A stretch of 64,000 nucleotides of DNA from a virus (Duplodnaviria > Caudoviricetes): the IMG/VR virus record IMGVR_UViG_3300022752_000016. One strand, given 5' to 3'. This document shows positions 27,796 to 37,178 of this stretch, piece by piece. The notes below the pieces were generated by a model that was given only the letters and a program-made list of their open reading frames with translations, made no database searches and had not been told where the DNA came from. Within the stretch, counting starts at the first letter, position 1, and the number at the start of each line of letters is the position of its first letter. The position numbers and the translations under genes are program-made.

Positions 27796-27918
27796 TTAAA
27801 TTATCCACCACTTACTGGCACGATAAACACAGTTTACACCGTCTAATACATTTATAAAATCACCTACTTCAACAACACCATATTCGGTAGTTGATGCTGG
27901 TACTGATAAATAACTCAT
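27796..27918 (-). pseudogene. 40-aa ORF (MSYLSVPASTTEYGVVEVGDFINVLDGVNCVYRASKWWII), probably an internally deleted remnant of a fibre-domain gene
   Basis: Perfect RBS TAAGGAG, ATG at 27918, stop at 27796-27798; its C-terminus resembles the collagen gene's end ([12 protein letters not shown]). Confidence 0.5.
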
Positions 27919-27933
27919 TTATTATTCTCCTTA

Positions 27934-28611
27934 TCAAATTATATACCAATTACTTGAACCGCTATAAATCAAATGAACTGCTTGCCATGGAACTTCTATA
28001 ATATATTGTGTTTCACCATCAATAAATGATCCATCACTAGTGGTTATTGTAATTTTTCGATTACCTAAAGGTGGACCCATTTCAGCTTTTATAATAATTT
28101 CATCACAACCTGAAGGATTTGGGGGAAGTGTAACAGTAACCGGTCCATCACTATTAACGCCAATATAATAATCATCCATCGTAGCAGTGTAGTCTTGGTA
28201 AACCAAAACAGCTTGGCATTTGCAATCACACTGCCCAGGCGGTCCAATAGGTCCTGGAGGCCCTTGTTCACCAGGAGGGCCTGGCTCTCCAGCAGGTCCA
28301 GTCGAGCCTTGTGGGCCCTCAGGTCCAGGTGGTCCTGGTGGACCTTGTTCTCCAATTGGTCCAGGCGGACCTTCAGGACCTTGGGGTCCTGCTGGGCCTG
28401 GTGGTCCAGGGGGGCATTCATCGCATGGATCTCCTTTATCATTATTATTAATTACAATAGTATCATTACCTGGGCCAGTATTAATTGGAATTCTTCCGCC
28501 TGCTAATTGTAATTGAGCATGTTGTAACAGTTTTGGGTCTACTGGTTTACCCATACTCATAGTTAATAATGCCTGTTGCAATTCTACTAATCTTCTATCA
28601 TGTCCGTCCAT
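27934..28611 (-). CDS. Collagen-like (Gly-X-Y) protein with Cys-rich flanks and C-terminal beta-rich fibre-type domain
   Basis: About 20 GXY triplets between CDEC and CDCKC; C-terminal YYIGV...TVTLP...IDG...W domain. Confidence 0.88.
   Translation of the reverse strand: MDGHDRRLVELQQALLTMSMGKPVDPKLLQHAQLQLAGGRIPINTGPGNDTIVINNNDKGDPCDECPPGPPGPAGPQGPEGPPGPIGEQGPPGPPGPEGPQGSTGPAGEPGPPGEQGPPGPIGPPGQCDCKCQAVLVYQDYTATMDDYYIGVNSDGPVTVTLPPNPSGCDEIIIKAEMGPPLGNRKITITTSDGSFIDGETQYIIEVPWQAVHLIYSGSSNWYII
28225..28415 (-). repeat. Collagen GXY repeat tract, locally GC-rich
   Basis: Repeated GGA/GGT/GGC-CCN codons on the minus strand; boundaries approximate. Confidence 0.85.
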
Positions 28612-28630
28612 ATCATGATCCTCATTTGAA

Positions 28631-28663
28631 ATAAGGTAATTTCCTTGTGAGAAATTACCTTAT
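28631..28663 (-). other. 13-bp perfect hairpin (plus U-G closure) with CACAA loop, upstream of the collagen gene RBS
   Basis: Minus strand: ATAAGGTAATTTC-T-CACAA-G-GAAATTACCTTAT. Confidence 0.8.
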
Positions 28664-28696
28664 AGTTTATACAACTATTGTGAGTTTTATCTCACA

Positions 28697-29287
28697 TTAT
28701 TGTACATTATTGCTTGTTGCTCTTTGACCAACACCTAATTGTGTACCAAAATTGACCATGCTTGCTTGTGCTTGGCCTAATTGGCTACCAAATGCTTGGA
28801 TTTGTGACTGAAGTGATGCCCACTGAGCTTGGTCAGCGTGGTGTCTCCAGTGACGACCTTCTACAACTTCAGCATTACGCTCAATTAGCATACGATTTAA
28901 ATCTTGTGTTTTCAAATCGTTAATTAATGCACGAGTTTTTTCACCATCAGCATCAATCTTATCGCTAATATAAGTTGATTGTCTAGCAATTTCAGCTTGT
29001 GTTTTAAGAGCAGTAATTTCTGTATCTTTGCTCACACCTGAAAATCCTGCTGCCATTTGCTGCTGTTGTGCAACTACTTGAGCACGTAGGTCAGCGGAAT
29101 CACGACCCACTGTAAAAAAACGGTCGTCAACATTTACTTCAAATGCATTAATACGACTGTTAATATCAAAACGTGCGTCTTTAATTGCACCTAATGTAGC
29201 GTAGCTTTCTTTTAAACCTTCTTTAATTATTTCTGTGTGACCATTTTCTAACATCATTACATCATTTTTGTCTGCTGGATCAGCCAT
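28697..29287 (-). CDS. Ala/Gln-rich coiled-coil hypothetical protein; start 29287 (MADPADK) after RBS CAGGAG
   Basis: In frame with track ORF 28697..29422; DGEKTRALI motif. Confidence 0.8.
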   Translation of the reverse strand: MADPADKNDVMMLENGHTEIIKEGLKESYATLGAIKDARFDINSRINAFEVNVDDRFFTVGRDSADLRAQVVAQQQQMAAGFSGVSKDTEITALKTQAEIARQSTYISDKIDADGEKTRALINDLKTQDLNRMLIERNAEVVEGRHWRHHADQAQWASLQSQIQAFGSQLGQAQASMVNFGTQLGVGQRATSNNVQ

Positions 29288-29399
29288 TGTTTTTTTCTCC
29301 TGAAAATTATAGAGGGGCAATTCATCATCACCCTTCATATAATACTTAAAAGAAAAACCTTTACTTTTACCTATGTTTTGGTATAGTATATACTTCAGC

Positions 29400-30110
29400 T
29401 TATGTTTCCAAAGAATTTGCAAACACTGCGAGTTGTGTTCTATTTCTTAACCCATATTTGCGTAATATTGCACCCATGTGTAGTTTTACAGTGCTTTCAG
29501 CAATTTTTAATGTCTTTGCTATAACTTTATTAGTAGCACCACGTTTTGCTACCATTGTAAACACTTGTTTTTGCCTTGGCGTTAACTCTACTTCTGTACT
29601 TTTTTCTTTTTTTGATTTGCGTTTTAACATGTTTTGTATTGGTTTAGGTGTGCTTAAATCACCCGAAACTAATTTTATTTGATCCTCTACTAACATATCC
29701 ATTGTAAACTTATCACACATACTCATTTGTAAACCATCAACTAATTTGCTAATTTCTTTAATATCACTTATTTTTGACTCACTATTGGCACAGGCTAAAA
29801 TCTTAGTAGTTCGCTTTTTGGTTTTATCTTCATCAATAAACAATGTAGATATTGCTAAAATTTTCAATGTATTAATTAAAGCAATTGGGTCCCCGTGTTC
29901 AAAATTACTCAATTCATCAACATCAATAAGAATATAATCAACATCAAATTTTGGATCACTTAATTTTGGAAAAAGTGACTCAATATTTGGATAACTGCAA
30001 TAAGACGCATTGGGAATTTTTTCCTTTGCTAAAGGTATCCAAACATCGTAAAACATTCTGTCAGGATATTTGCCATTATTTACATAAACAATTTTTGTAG
30101 TATGGGGCAT
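29400..30110 (-). CDS. LuxR/NarL-family transcription regulator (C-terminal HTH, atypical receiver-like N-terminus)
   Basis: LTPRQKQVF..V..G.TNK.IA..L.IAESTVK.HM..I..K.G.RNRTQ is a classic LuxR HTH. Confidence 0.9.
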   Translation of the reverse strand: MPHTTKIVYVNNGKYPDRMFYDVWIPLAKEKIPNASYCSYPNIESLFPKLSDPKFDVDYILIDVDELSNFEHGDPIALINTLKILAISTLFIDEDKTKKRTTKILACANSESKISDIKEISKLVDGLQMSMCDKFTMDMLVEDQIKLVSGDLSTPKPIQNMLKRKSKKEKSTEVELTPRQKQVFTMVAKRGATNKVIAKTLKIAESTVKLHMGAILRKYGLRNRTQLAVFANSLET

Positions 30111-30323
30111 AGAACTTCCTTTATTTGTAGTACTTAATTTTTTTAATACAAGGGGTTTAGATAGGTAAGTTGTGGGTGTACTAGGGTATATGTTTTGTCT
30201 ATTTTTAAATATAAGCTATTGTACAAATGATTTGAATTATTGTCTTGCGTATAGGACACAACATTCCATTTATTTTTTGCCCAATGAAGTTTACAATAAT
30301 TAAGAGTAAGCATAGATTATTTT

Positions 30324-30578
30324 ATGGAACCTTGTACAGCACTACAATATAGGCAAAAAGTTGAGACTATTAGAGCAAACCTTCGCACAATAAGGTTCAA
30401 CATGGACTTACATACTATGTTACGCAACATTGATAAAATGGTTACAGAATATGGTAAACTTGAAGTACAATGTAGACACCATACCAAACGTTATCAATTA
30501 GAAGAACCTAGCAAAAAGATAGCAAACAGCATAGACCACTTGGAAAAATTGATGCTCATGGCTAAATTGATGGATTGA
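30324..30578 (+). CDS. Hypothetical protein
   Basis: 84-aa helical ORF. Confidence 0.7.
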   Translation: MEPCTALQYRQKVETIRANLRTIRFNMDLHTMLRNIDKMVTEYGKLEVQCRHHTKRYQLEEPSKKIANSIDHLEKLMLMAKLMD

Positions 30579-30603
30579 CAATAATTAGAAAATCAACTAT
30601 ACT
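30575..30603 (+). promoter_or_regulatory. sigma70 promoter TTGACA-N17-TATACT
   Basis: TTGACA 30575-30580, TATACT 30598-30603. Confidence 0.8.
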
Positions 30604-30632
30604 ATGGGTATTGTAAATAAAAGGAATGTGAA

Positions 30633-30779
30633 ATGTTCCAATTTGAGTTTAGATTTATTGATGGCGAGTCTTTACCCCATGCTATGACCGTGTTTAATGC
30701 TGATAGTTTGGAACAGGCTATTGCTAAATTCCGTCGTTTTTATACAACAAATCGAATTATTCAGGTGATTGCACACTAG
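30633..30779 (+). CDS. 48-aa early hypothetical protein (MFQFEFRFIDGESLPHAMTVFNADSLEQAIAKFRR...)
   Basis: Has its own promoter and RBS AAGGA; TAG at 30777-30779; not in the ORF track. Confidence 0.65.
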   Translation: MFQFEFRFIDGESLPHAMTVFNADSLEQAIAKFRRFYTTNRIIQVIAH

Positions 30780-30780
30780 G

Positions 30781-30809
30781 TTGACAATAAATCAGCTTGG
30801 GTGTATAAT
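30781..30809 (+). promoter_or_regulatory. Perfect sigma70 promoter TTGACA-N17-TATAAT
   Basis: TTGACA 30781-30786, TATAAT 30804-30809. Confidence 0.92.
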
Positions 30810-30843
30810 ACGTAGTATTGAAACTGATTAACAGGGATAGCAA

Positions 30844-31875
30844 ATGAGCACTGTACGAGTGATTTCAGGAACTTATCGTAATCTTCCCGTCATAAATACA
30901 ACTTTCAAGTTAGTCAAGGGCTTTACAAAAGGCGCTAAAGGCAACTATATTACTGTTAAAAACGACGGACAGTTTGCCATTAACATTGACAGTGTTAAAG
31001 TAAAAGTAGATAATATTAGTGATTTTGAATTCGTAGATGGAGAACCAATGTTAGAAAATACTGTGAAATTTACTAAACCTGTTGTAACCGAATCCGATGA
31101 AGATGCAATGAATCGGATTGCAACTCGGTTCGCAATTTTGGACGAGATGAGCAAGGCATGTATTGCAGGCGATATCCGTGCTATGATCGTATCTGGTCCT
31201 CCAGGTGTCGGTAAATCGTTTGGCGTTGAAACGCAACTTGAAAAGGCAGCAATGTTTGACAAGATTGCAGGTAAACGTGTTCGCTTTGAAATTGTAAAAG
31301 GTGCAATGACCCCTATCGGGTTGTATTGTACGCTTTACAAATACAGCGACCCAAAAAATGTGTTGGTGTTTGATGATTGCGATTCAGTGTTTCAAGATGA
31401 CCTAGCACTTAACATCCTTAAGGCAGCACTTGACTCAGGCAAGCGTCGGCGTATCTGCTGGAACAGCGATAGTGCTATGTTACGCCGTGAAGGAGTTCCC
31501 GATACTTTTGAGTTTAAAGGTTCGGCAATCTTCATCACTAACTTGAAGTTTGAAAACCTCAAGTCTAAAAAGTTGCAGGATCACTTAGAAGCATTGCAAA
31601 GCCGTTGTCACTTTCTTGACCTTACTATTGATAGTGAGCGTGATAAGATTTTACGCATCAAACAAGTACACCGTGATACCGATGGTGGGTTGTTTAAAGA
31701 TTACACCTTTGACGATGCTAATACTGCCGAATATATTTTGGACTTCATGCAGACCAATAAAAACAAATTGCGTGAGTTGTCGCTACGTATGGCACTAAAA
31801 ATTGCCGACTTAGTAAAAGTGTCTCCCAGTAACTGGAGAATTCTTGCTGAGTCTACGGTAATGAAACGTAGCTAG
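30844..31875 (+). CDS. P-loop (AAA+-type) ATPase
   Basis: Walker A GPPGVGKS, Walker B VLVFDDCD, sensor-1 IFITN and arginine finger ALQSRC. Confidence 0.85.
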   Translation: MSTVRVISGTYRNLPVINTTFKLVKGFTKGAKGNYITVKNDGQFAINIDSVKVKVDNISDFEFVDGEPMLENTVKFTKPVVTESDEDAMNRIATRFAILDEMSKACIAGDIRAMIVSGPPGVGKSFGVETQLEKAAMFDKIAGKRVRFEIVKGAMTPIGLYCTLYKYSDPKNVLVFDDCDSVFQDDLALNILKAALDSGKRRRICWNSDSAMLRREGVPDTFEFKGSAIFITNLKFENLKSKKLQDHLEALQSRCHFLDLTIDSERDKILRIKQVHRDTDGGLFKDYTFDDANTAEYILDFMQTNKNKLRELSLRMALKIADLVKVSPSNWRILAESTVMKRS

Positions 31876-31890
31876 GTTGTAGTACTTTTA

Positions 31891-31915
31891 AAGGGAGCAT
31901 ATGCTCCCTTTTTTT
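31891..31915 (+). terminator. Rho-independent terminator
   Basis: 20-bp palindrome AAGGGAGCATATGCTCCCTT followed by a T-run. Confidence 0.85.
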
Positions 31916-31959
31916 GCCTTATAACTTGCATAAGTAACTGTATATTATACAATACTACA

Positions 31960-32997
31960 ATGAAATCCTACAAGAATAAAGAGGAAATACTTGTCCAATT
32001 TCTAACCTTAGAGCTAAGACTAAACAAGTATGATAACAAGTTCATAAGTAATTTGGCAATGTTATTGTCTAAAAACAGATATGTAACAACTAATCAAAAC
32101 AACCTTTTTAACAAACTACTAGTGAAATACAAAAGACAATTATCCAAACATAAAATTAACGTTGATGAAGTTCTACAATTAGAATGGAATACTAAAGTCA
32201 TTGAAAGTTTACCTGAATTTACAGAGGCTCATCTTTCAATCGAGAATGATAAGCTCAAGTTAAGGTTACCCTTTAACAAAAAACTAATTGAAAACTTACG
32301 ACAAGTAGAGCCTTATTTTAATATAACTTGGAACGTCACAAAGAAATGTTATTATTCTAATTTCTGTACTGATATACTTAAAATAATTATTAACATAATT
32401 CCACATTATTATAAACTTAATCTTTCAGGTGAAATTAAACAATATTTACATGTATTAAATGATTACAATGATTGCAAATATTGGGACCCAACTTTAATTA
32501 AGCAACCTTCAGGCTACTATATTGTGGCTGCCAATCAATATTTACTTAATGCTATTGAACATATAACCCTTAATAATGAACCACAAACATTGGTTGAACT
32601 AAGCAAACATGCTATAATTATTGCTCCCGAGATAACAACTAATGATGATTTTTTAAAGTTTTGTGCAACATATGATGTTAAAATGGAACTTGACAAGTTA
32701 CCATTATTACATGATTATTGTAGTATATTGAAAATTAAAAACATTATTTGTAATTACCGTATTGCAAGAATAAGAGAAGTAAGAAACGAAATCGAAAAAG
32801 TGTTTGGTACAACCTATAACATTTACTATGAGAAATCAATCAACAATATTACAATGCCACATAATAAAAAAAGTTACCATGGTAAAACAATTGGTTTATA
32901 TTATGGTAGTGCAAATGTAGCTATTGATTTAGTACGGTATTACCCAATTGAAAAAATAATAAACATAGTTAACAATAGACCTGTTAATATTAAATGA
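31960..32997 (+). CDS. Hypothetical protein
   Basis: 345-aa ORF coupled to the helicase start. Confidence 0.75.
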   Translation: MKSYKNKEEILVQFLTLELRLNKYDNKFISNLAMLLSKNRYVTTNQNNLFNKLLVKYKRQLSKHKINVDEVLQLEWNTKVIESLPEFTEAHLSIENDKLKLRLPFNKKLIENLRQVEPYFNITWNVTKKCYYSNFCTDILKIIINIIPHYYKLNLSGEIKQYLHVLNDYNDCKYWDPTLIKQPSGYYIVAANQYLLNAIEHITLNNEPQTLVELSKHAIIIAPEITTNDDFLKFCATYDVKMELDKLPLLHDYCSILKIKNIICNYRIARIREVRNEIEKVFGTTYNIYYEKSINNITMPHNKKSYHGKTIGLYYGSANVAIDLVRYYPIEKIINIVNNRPVNIK

Positions 32998-34448
32998 AAA
33001 AATGTAAAATAATCATCAAGGATGAAGTCAATGCTAAGATACAGGATCTTGAATTAGACACACGGAAATTGCTTGTAAAAAAATTTGAGTTTGAAGTACC
33101 AGGTGCAAGATTTCTTCCTAGTGTAAAACTAGGGCGTTGGAATGGCAAATCAAGTTATTTCAGTATATCAGGTGCTACATACATCAACTTGCTACAAGAC
33201 ATTTTGCCTGTACTTGACCAACATGGATACGATATTGATTTAGAGGATTTACGTACCTACTCAACTAATTTCAAATTTGGTCAAGTGTCCGACAACACGT
33301 TTGCCGATAGAAATTGGCCCAAAGGACATACACAAGAAGGCAACCCTATCGTATTACGTGACTATCAGGTAGAAATTATAAACAACTTTTTACAGAATCC
33401 ACAGGCATTGCAAGAAGTAGCGACCGGGGCAGGCAAAACAATTATGACTGCTGCCTTAAGTAAAACAGTAGAACAATATGGCAGGTCTATTGTTATTGTA
33501 CCCAATAAAAGTTTAGTTACACAAACCGAAGAAGATTACATTAACATGGGATTAGATGCAGGTGTATACTTTGGTGATCGTAAAGAGTTTGGGAAACAGC
33601 ATACCATATGTACTTGGCAAAGCTTAAACAACCTACTTAAAGACACTAAAAATGGAAATGCAGATATTACTATTGCTGAATTTTTAGAAGATGTAATTTG
33701 TGTGATTGTTGATGAGGTGCATATGGCAAAAGCTGATGCCCTAAAACAATTGTTGACTAGTGTGATGAGTCATATTCCTATAAGATGGGGGTTGACAGGT
33801 ACAGTACCAAAAGCAGACCATGATAGATTAAGCATAGTTGTAAGTTTGGGACCTGTTATTAATAAATTAGCAGCTGCCGAGTTACAAGAAAAAGGTGTGT
33901 TGGCACGATGCCATGTTAATATCGTGCAGTTTAAGGATGATGTAGAGTTTAAAAACTACCAAAGTGAATTAAAATATCTATTAGAAAATGAAAAACGATT
34001 AGACACCATAGCAAATTTAGTAAATAAAATAAGTGAATCTGGAAATACATTGGTGTTGGTGGATAGGGTATTACCAGGCAAACAGTTAGTAGAGAAAATT
34101 ACTGACAGTGTGTTTATCAGTGGCGAAACCAAACTTGTAGAAAGGAAAGAAGAATATGACCAAGTGGCGACGGCATCAAATAAAGTTATTGTTGCCACCT
34201 ACGGTGTGGCAGCAGTTGGGATCAATATTCCTCGCATTTTTAATTTGGTTCTTATTGAGCCTGGCAAGTCCTTTGTACGTGTTATACAAAGTATTGGAAG
34301 AGGCATACGTAAAGCGGAAGATAAAGACTTTGTACAAATTTGGGACGTAACCAGTAATTGTAAGTTTAGCAAACGTCATTTAACACAACGTAAAACATTT
34401 TACAATGAAGCCAATTATCCTTTCTCATTGGAAAAATTAAGCTATTGA
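32994..34448 (+). CDS. uvsW: SF2 DNA helicase, UvsW-like
   Basis: LRDYQ Q-motif, ATGAGKT, IVDEVH, GLTGT, ATYGVAAVGINIP and IQSIGRG.R. Confidence 0.9.
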   Translation: MKKCKIIIKDEVNAKIQDLELDTRKLLVKKFEFEVPGARFLPSVKLGRWNGKSSYFSISGATYINLLQDILPVLDQHGYDIDLEDLRTYSTNFKFGQVSDNTFADRNWPKGHTQEGNPIVLRDYQVEIINNFLQNPQALQEVATGAGKTIMTAALSKTVEQYGRSIVIVPNKSLVTQTEEDYINMGLDAGVYFGDRKEFGKQHTICTWQSLNNLLKDTKNGNADITIAEFLEDVICVIVDEVHMAKADALKQLLTSVMSHIPIRWGLTGTVPKADHDRLSIVVSLGPVINKLAAAELQEKGVLARCHVNIVQFKDDVEFKNYQSELKYLLENEKRLDTIANLVNKISESGNTLVLVDRVLPGKQLVEKITDSVFISGETKLVERKEEYDQVATASNKVIVATYGVAAVGINIPRIFNLVLIEPGKSFVRVIQSIGRGIRKAEDKDFVQIWDVTSNCKFSKRHLTQRKTFYNEANYPFSLEKLSY

Positions 34449-34479
34449 CAAACATATACAAACATGTTAATATAATACT

Positions 34480-34980
34480 ATGAGAATACTATTACTTGAT
34501 GACAACAGTTACAACCTAGAAACATTACCAGAAGAAATTGATGACTTACGATTTGCGATATTAGATAATAGCAACCCAAATAATGTTGATTATTACTTTA
34601 TTCCATTAGTATTTTTGGAATCGTTTAACAGTCCTGCATTAGTTCTACAGATTGGTGATCGTACTATAAAAATGCCCGTTGATTGGCAAATATTAATTGG
34701 AGAAAAAGATCATGGTGACTTAGAAACATTACCATTGTCAAGTTTAAATGATCGTGGATTCAGCGCATTTCAATTTAACCCAATAAGCAGTTTTAGCCCA
34801 GGTTTCTTGCCTGTAGAAATCATTGACATTTACAATGATGTTACTTGGTATGCACCTAGGCTACGTAATGGGCAATTTTTAAGCGTACCTATTGAAGATG
34901 GGCCTAAACCCCGATGTATATATTTTGTAAAAGAAATAAGCAGAAATTGTGAAATTGTAGATTATAGTCAAGTGTTTTAA
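34480..34980 (+). CDS. Hypothetical protein
   Basis: 166-aa ORF preceded by TTGACA at 34445. Confidence 0.8.
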   Translation: MRILLLDDNSYNLETLPEEIDDLRFAILDNSNPNNVDYYFIPLVFLESFNSPALVLQIGDRTIKMPVDWQILIGEKDHGDLETLPLSSLNDRGFSAFQFNPISSFSPGFLPVEIIDIYNDVTWYAPRLRNGQFLSVPIEDGPKPRCIYFVKEISRNCEIVDYSQVF

Positions 34981-35561
34981 TGAAAAAAACAATACCAACT
35001 GATGAAAAGTTAGAGAAACAAGACTTTGACTTGTTTGAAGCTGTTACTGCCATAGATAAAAAAGACTATGGTTATTACGATAGATTGAATGAAGAACAAA
35101 AGAAAAAGTTTGTGCCCTTTATGTTGTTACATTGGATCAGTGCGGTAAAAGGTAATAGAGATTTACAAGGGTATTATTTAATGAGTACCGAGCATCATGC
35201 AAACAAATATCTTTTTAATGAGAACATACAAAAGAACCCAAAATTACAATGGTTGATGCTATGTGCAAGTAGTCCAGGTATTGGAAAACAATTCCATCAA
35301 TATATTCCGCATATTAAAGATCGTGTTGCAAAACTACGTGATATAGCAAAACAAAAAGATATAGAGGAATATTTCAAAAAAATCTACAAAACAGATGATA
35401 ATACGTTAAAAGAAATGTCTGAGTTATATGTACAAAATCAAAAACGTAAGGTTTATTTGGCTAACAAATTTCCTCATCTAAAAATAGATGATATTGATTT
35501 ATTAAATGAACTAATTACAGACAATGAAATAGAGCAGTATGAGCGAGACAGTGGAAATTAA
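34980..35561 (+). CDS. Possible clamp-loader small subunit (T4 gp62-like)
   Basis: F.PFM+..W+S, N.Y and LQW.+L pattern is loosely like gp62; replication context. Weak match. Confidence 0.4.
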   Translation: MKKTIPTDEKLEKQDFDLFEAVTAIDKKDYGYYDRLNEEQKKKFVPFMLLHWISAVKGNRDLQGYYLMSTEHHANKYLFNENIQKNPKLQWLMLCASSPGIGKQFHQYIPHIKDRVAKLRDIAKQKDIEEYFKKIYKTDDNTLKEMSELYVQNQKRKVYLANKFPHLKIDDIDLLNELITDNEIEQYERDSGN

Positions 35562-36231
35562 ATTCGGGTGTGAATTTTGTAATCGTACTTTTTTACGTGA
35601 AAGTACGATTGCCAAACATATCTGTGAATATAAACATCGTTGGCAAGAAAAAGATAAACGAGGTAACCAAATTGGTTTTCAGGGTTGGCTACATTTTTAC
35701 AAAAGAAATACTGCTACAACAAAACAAAGAACCTATTTAGACTTTATTAAAAGCAGTTATTATATTGCATTCGCTAAGTTTGGTAACTATTGCGTTGACG
35801 TAAACGTAATTAATGTACAACGGTATATAGATTGGCTACTAAAAAATAAAATACGTATTGATGTTTGGAACCACGATACCAATTACAGTAAATTTTTAAT
35901 TGAATATTTGCGTAATGAAGATCCATTAGATGCAATACATCGTAGTGTAGAATCTACTATTCTACTAGCAAGTGAAGAAAGGGTATTGCCTAAGGATATA
36001 TTAAGATATGGTAATAAAAATAAAATATGTTATCATGTTACTACAGGAAAGATTAGTCCATGGATGTTATACCAATGTGACAGCGGACTAAAGTTTATAG
36101 ATAGTTTAGATGAATCACAAGTAAAAATGATTATTAACTATATTGATCCTGAAAAATGGGCTATAAAATTTAAAAGAAATTCTGATATTGTAACATCAGT
36201 AAAGGAAATTTTAAATGCAGGGCAGTACTAA
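35539..36231 (+). CDS. Protein with N-terminal C2H2-type zinc finger
   Basis: CEFCNRTF...IAKHICEYKH. Confidence 0.75.
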   Translation: MSETVEIKFGCEFCNRTFLRESTIAKHICEYKHRWQEKDKRGNQIGFQGWLHFYKRNTATTKQRTYLDFIKSSYYIAFAKFGNYCVDVNVINVQRYIDWLLKNKIRIDVWNHDTNYSKFLIEYLRNEDPLDAIHRSVESTILLASEERVLPKDILRYGNKNKICYHVTTGKISPWMLYQCDSGLKFIDSLDESQVKMIINYIDPEKWAIKFKRNSDIVTSVKEILNAGQY

Positions 36232-36427
36232 TAATTTTCCACATACTATAAGATTACATTGGAGACTAGGTGACAAAATAGAAGATTGGGATACTAAGTG
36301 TATTTGGGTAATAGAAACATTTGGCAAACCTGGAGTTAATTATATTACCCACGCAACTGATGATTTTATGGATTTTATGTTTAAATACGAAAAGGATGCT
36401 ATATTTTTTTCGTTAAAATGTTTATAG
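36215..36427 (+). CDS. Small W-rich family paralog 1
   Basis: W+IETFG.PG..Y...F.F..EKDAIFF.LK. Confidence 0.8.
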   Translation: MQGSTNNFPHTIRLHWRLGDKIEDWDTKCIWVIETFGKPGVNYITHATDDFMDFMFKYEKDAIFFSLKCL

Positions 36428-36618
36428 AAAAAGCTAGAGTAAGATTAATTAATCATAATCAATTTACTGAGATAATATTATGGTGTACACAATTTATTGG
36501 CGAAGAAAACACAAACTGGTATTGGACATACGTAAATGATAGTGTATTTGATTCAATGATTGATTTTGTTTTTAGTAAAGAAGAATATGCCAATTTATTT
36601 GCATTAAGATGGCTATGA
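36418..36618 (+). CDS. Small W-rich family paralog 2
   Basis: WCTQFIGE....W...F.F..EE.A.LF.LRW. Confidence 0.8.
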   Translation: MFIEKARVRLINHNQFTEIILWCTQFIGEENTNWYWTYVNDSVFDSMIDFVFSKEEYANLFALRWL

Positions 36619-36866
36619 TGCTACATTACTTTGATTTTAGACGAGGGTTCGACAATGATAAACCAAATTGGTTTATTTGCAACATTGAAAACTACAATAA
36701 TGACATGTTTGAATTTATGGATAGATGTGAGACAATGATAGATTGGGTATATAGTGAGTTAGATATGCCTGAACGTCATTGTCGTTGGACTTGTCACAGT
36801 AATAATTTTACAATAAAGTTTAGATATTTACATCATTTGAATTGGTTTAATTTACGTTGGAAATAA
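36609..36866 (+). CDS. Small W-rich family paralog 3
   Basis: IDWV.SEL......RW...IKFR....LNWFNLRW. Confidence 0.75.
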   Translation: MAMMLHYFDFRRGFDNDKPNWFICNIENYNNDMFEFMDRCETMIDWVYSELDMPERHCRWTCHSNNFTIKFRYLHHLNWFNLRWK

Positions 36867-37178
36867 ATGAAAAATTTTAAGATAATTAAGTTAGATAAAC
36901 GTTTTAAAGGATATGGTCACTTTAAATACGGTGTGACCACTAATTTCGAGTATACATTCTGTGAAATGCGTGAATGGTGTTGGACTACATTTGGACCAAG
37001 CAAAGAAATTGGGTATTGGCTAGATGATACAGACTTTAGAATTCATTATATGGCTAAACCAAAAACTATAGTACATCATAATGAACATTGGTCTTGGCAC
37101 AGTGAAGATTTAAATTTTAATAAGATTTTTTTACGATCAGAAAAAGAACTTGTATTGTTTAAGCTAAGGTTTGAATAA
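36867..37178 (+). CDS. Small W-rich family paralog 4
   Basis: EWCWTTFGP...W.W...IFLRSEKELVLFKLRF. Confidence 0.8.
   Translation: MKNFKIIKLDKRFKGYGHFKYGVTTNFEYTFCEMREWCWTTFGPSKEIGYWLDDTDFRIHYMAKPKTIVHHNEHWSWHSEDLNFNKIFLRSEKELVLFKLRFE

Noticed and set aside
28089-28516. Three alternative-frame ORFs over the collagen gene (28089..28442 -, 28195..28506 +, 28220..28516 +)
   Set aside because: Stop-free shadow frames produced by the GC-rich GXY repeat; no RBS.
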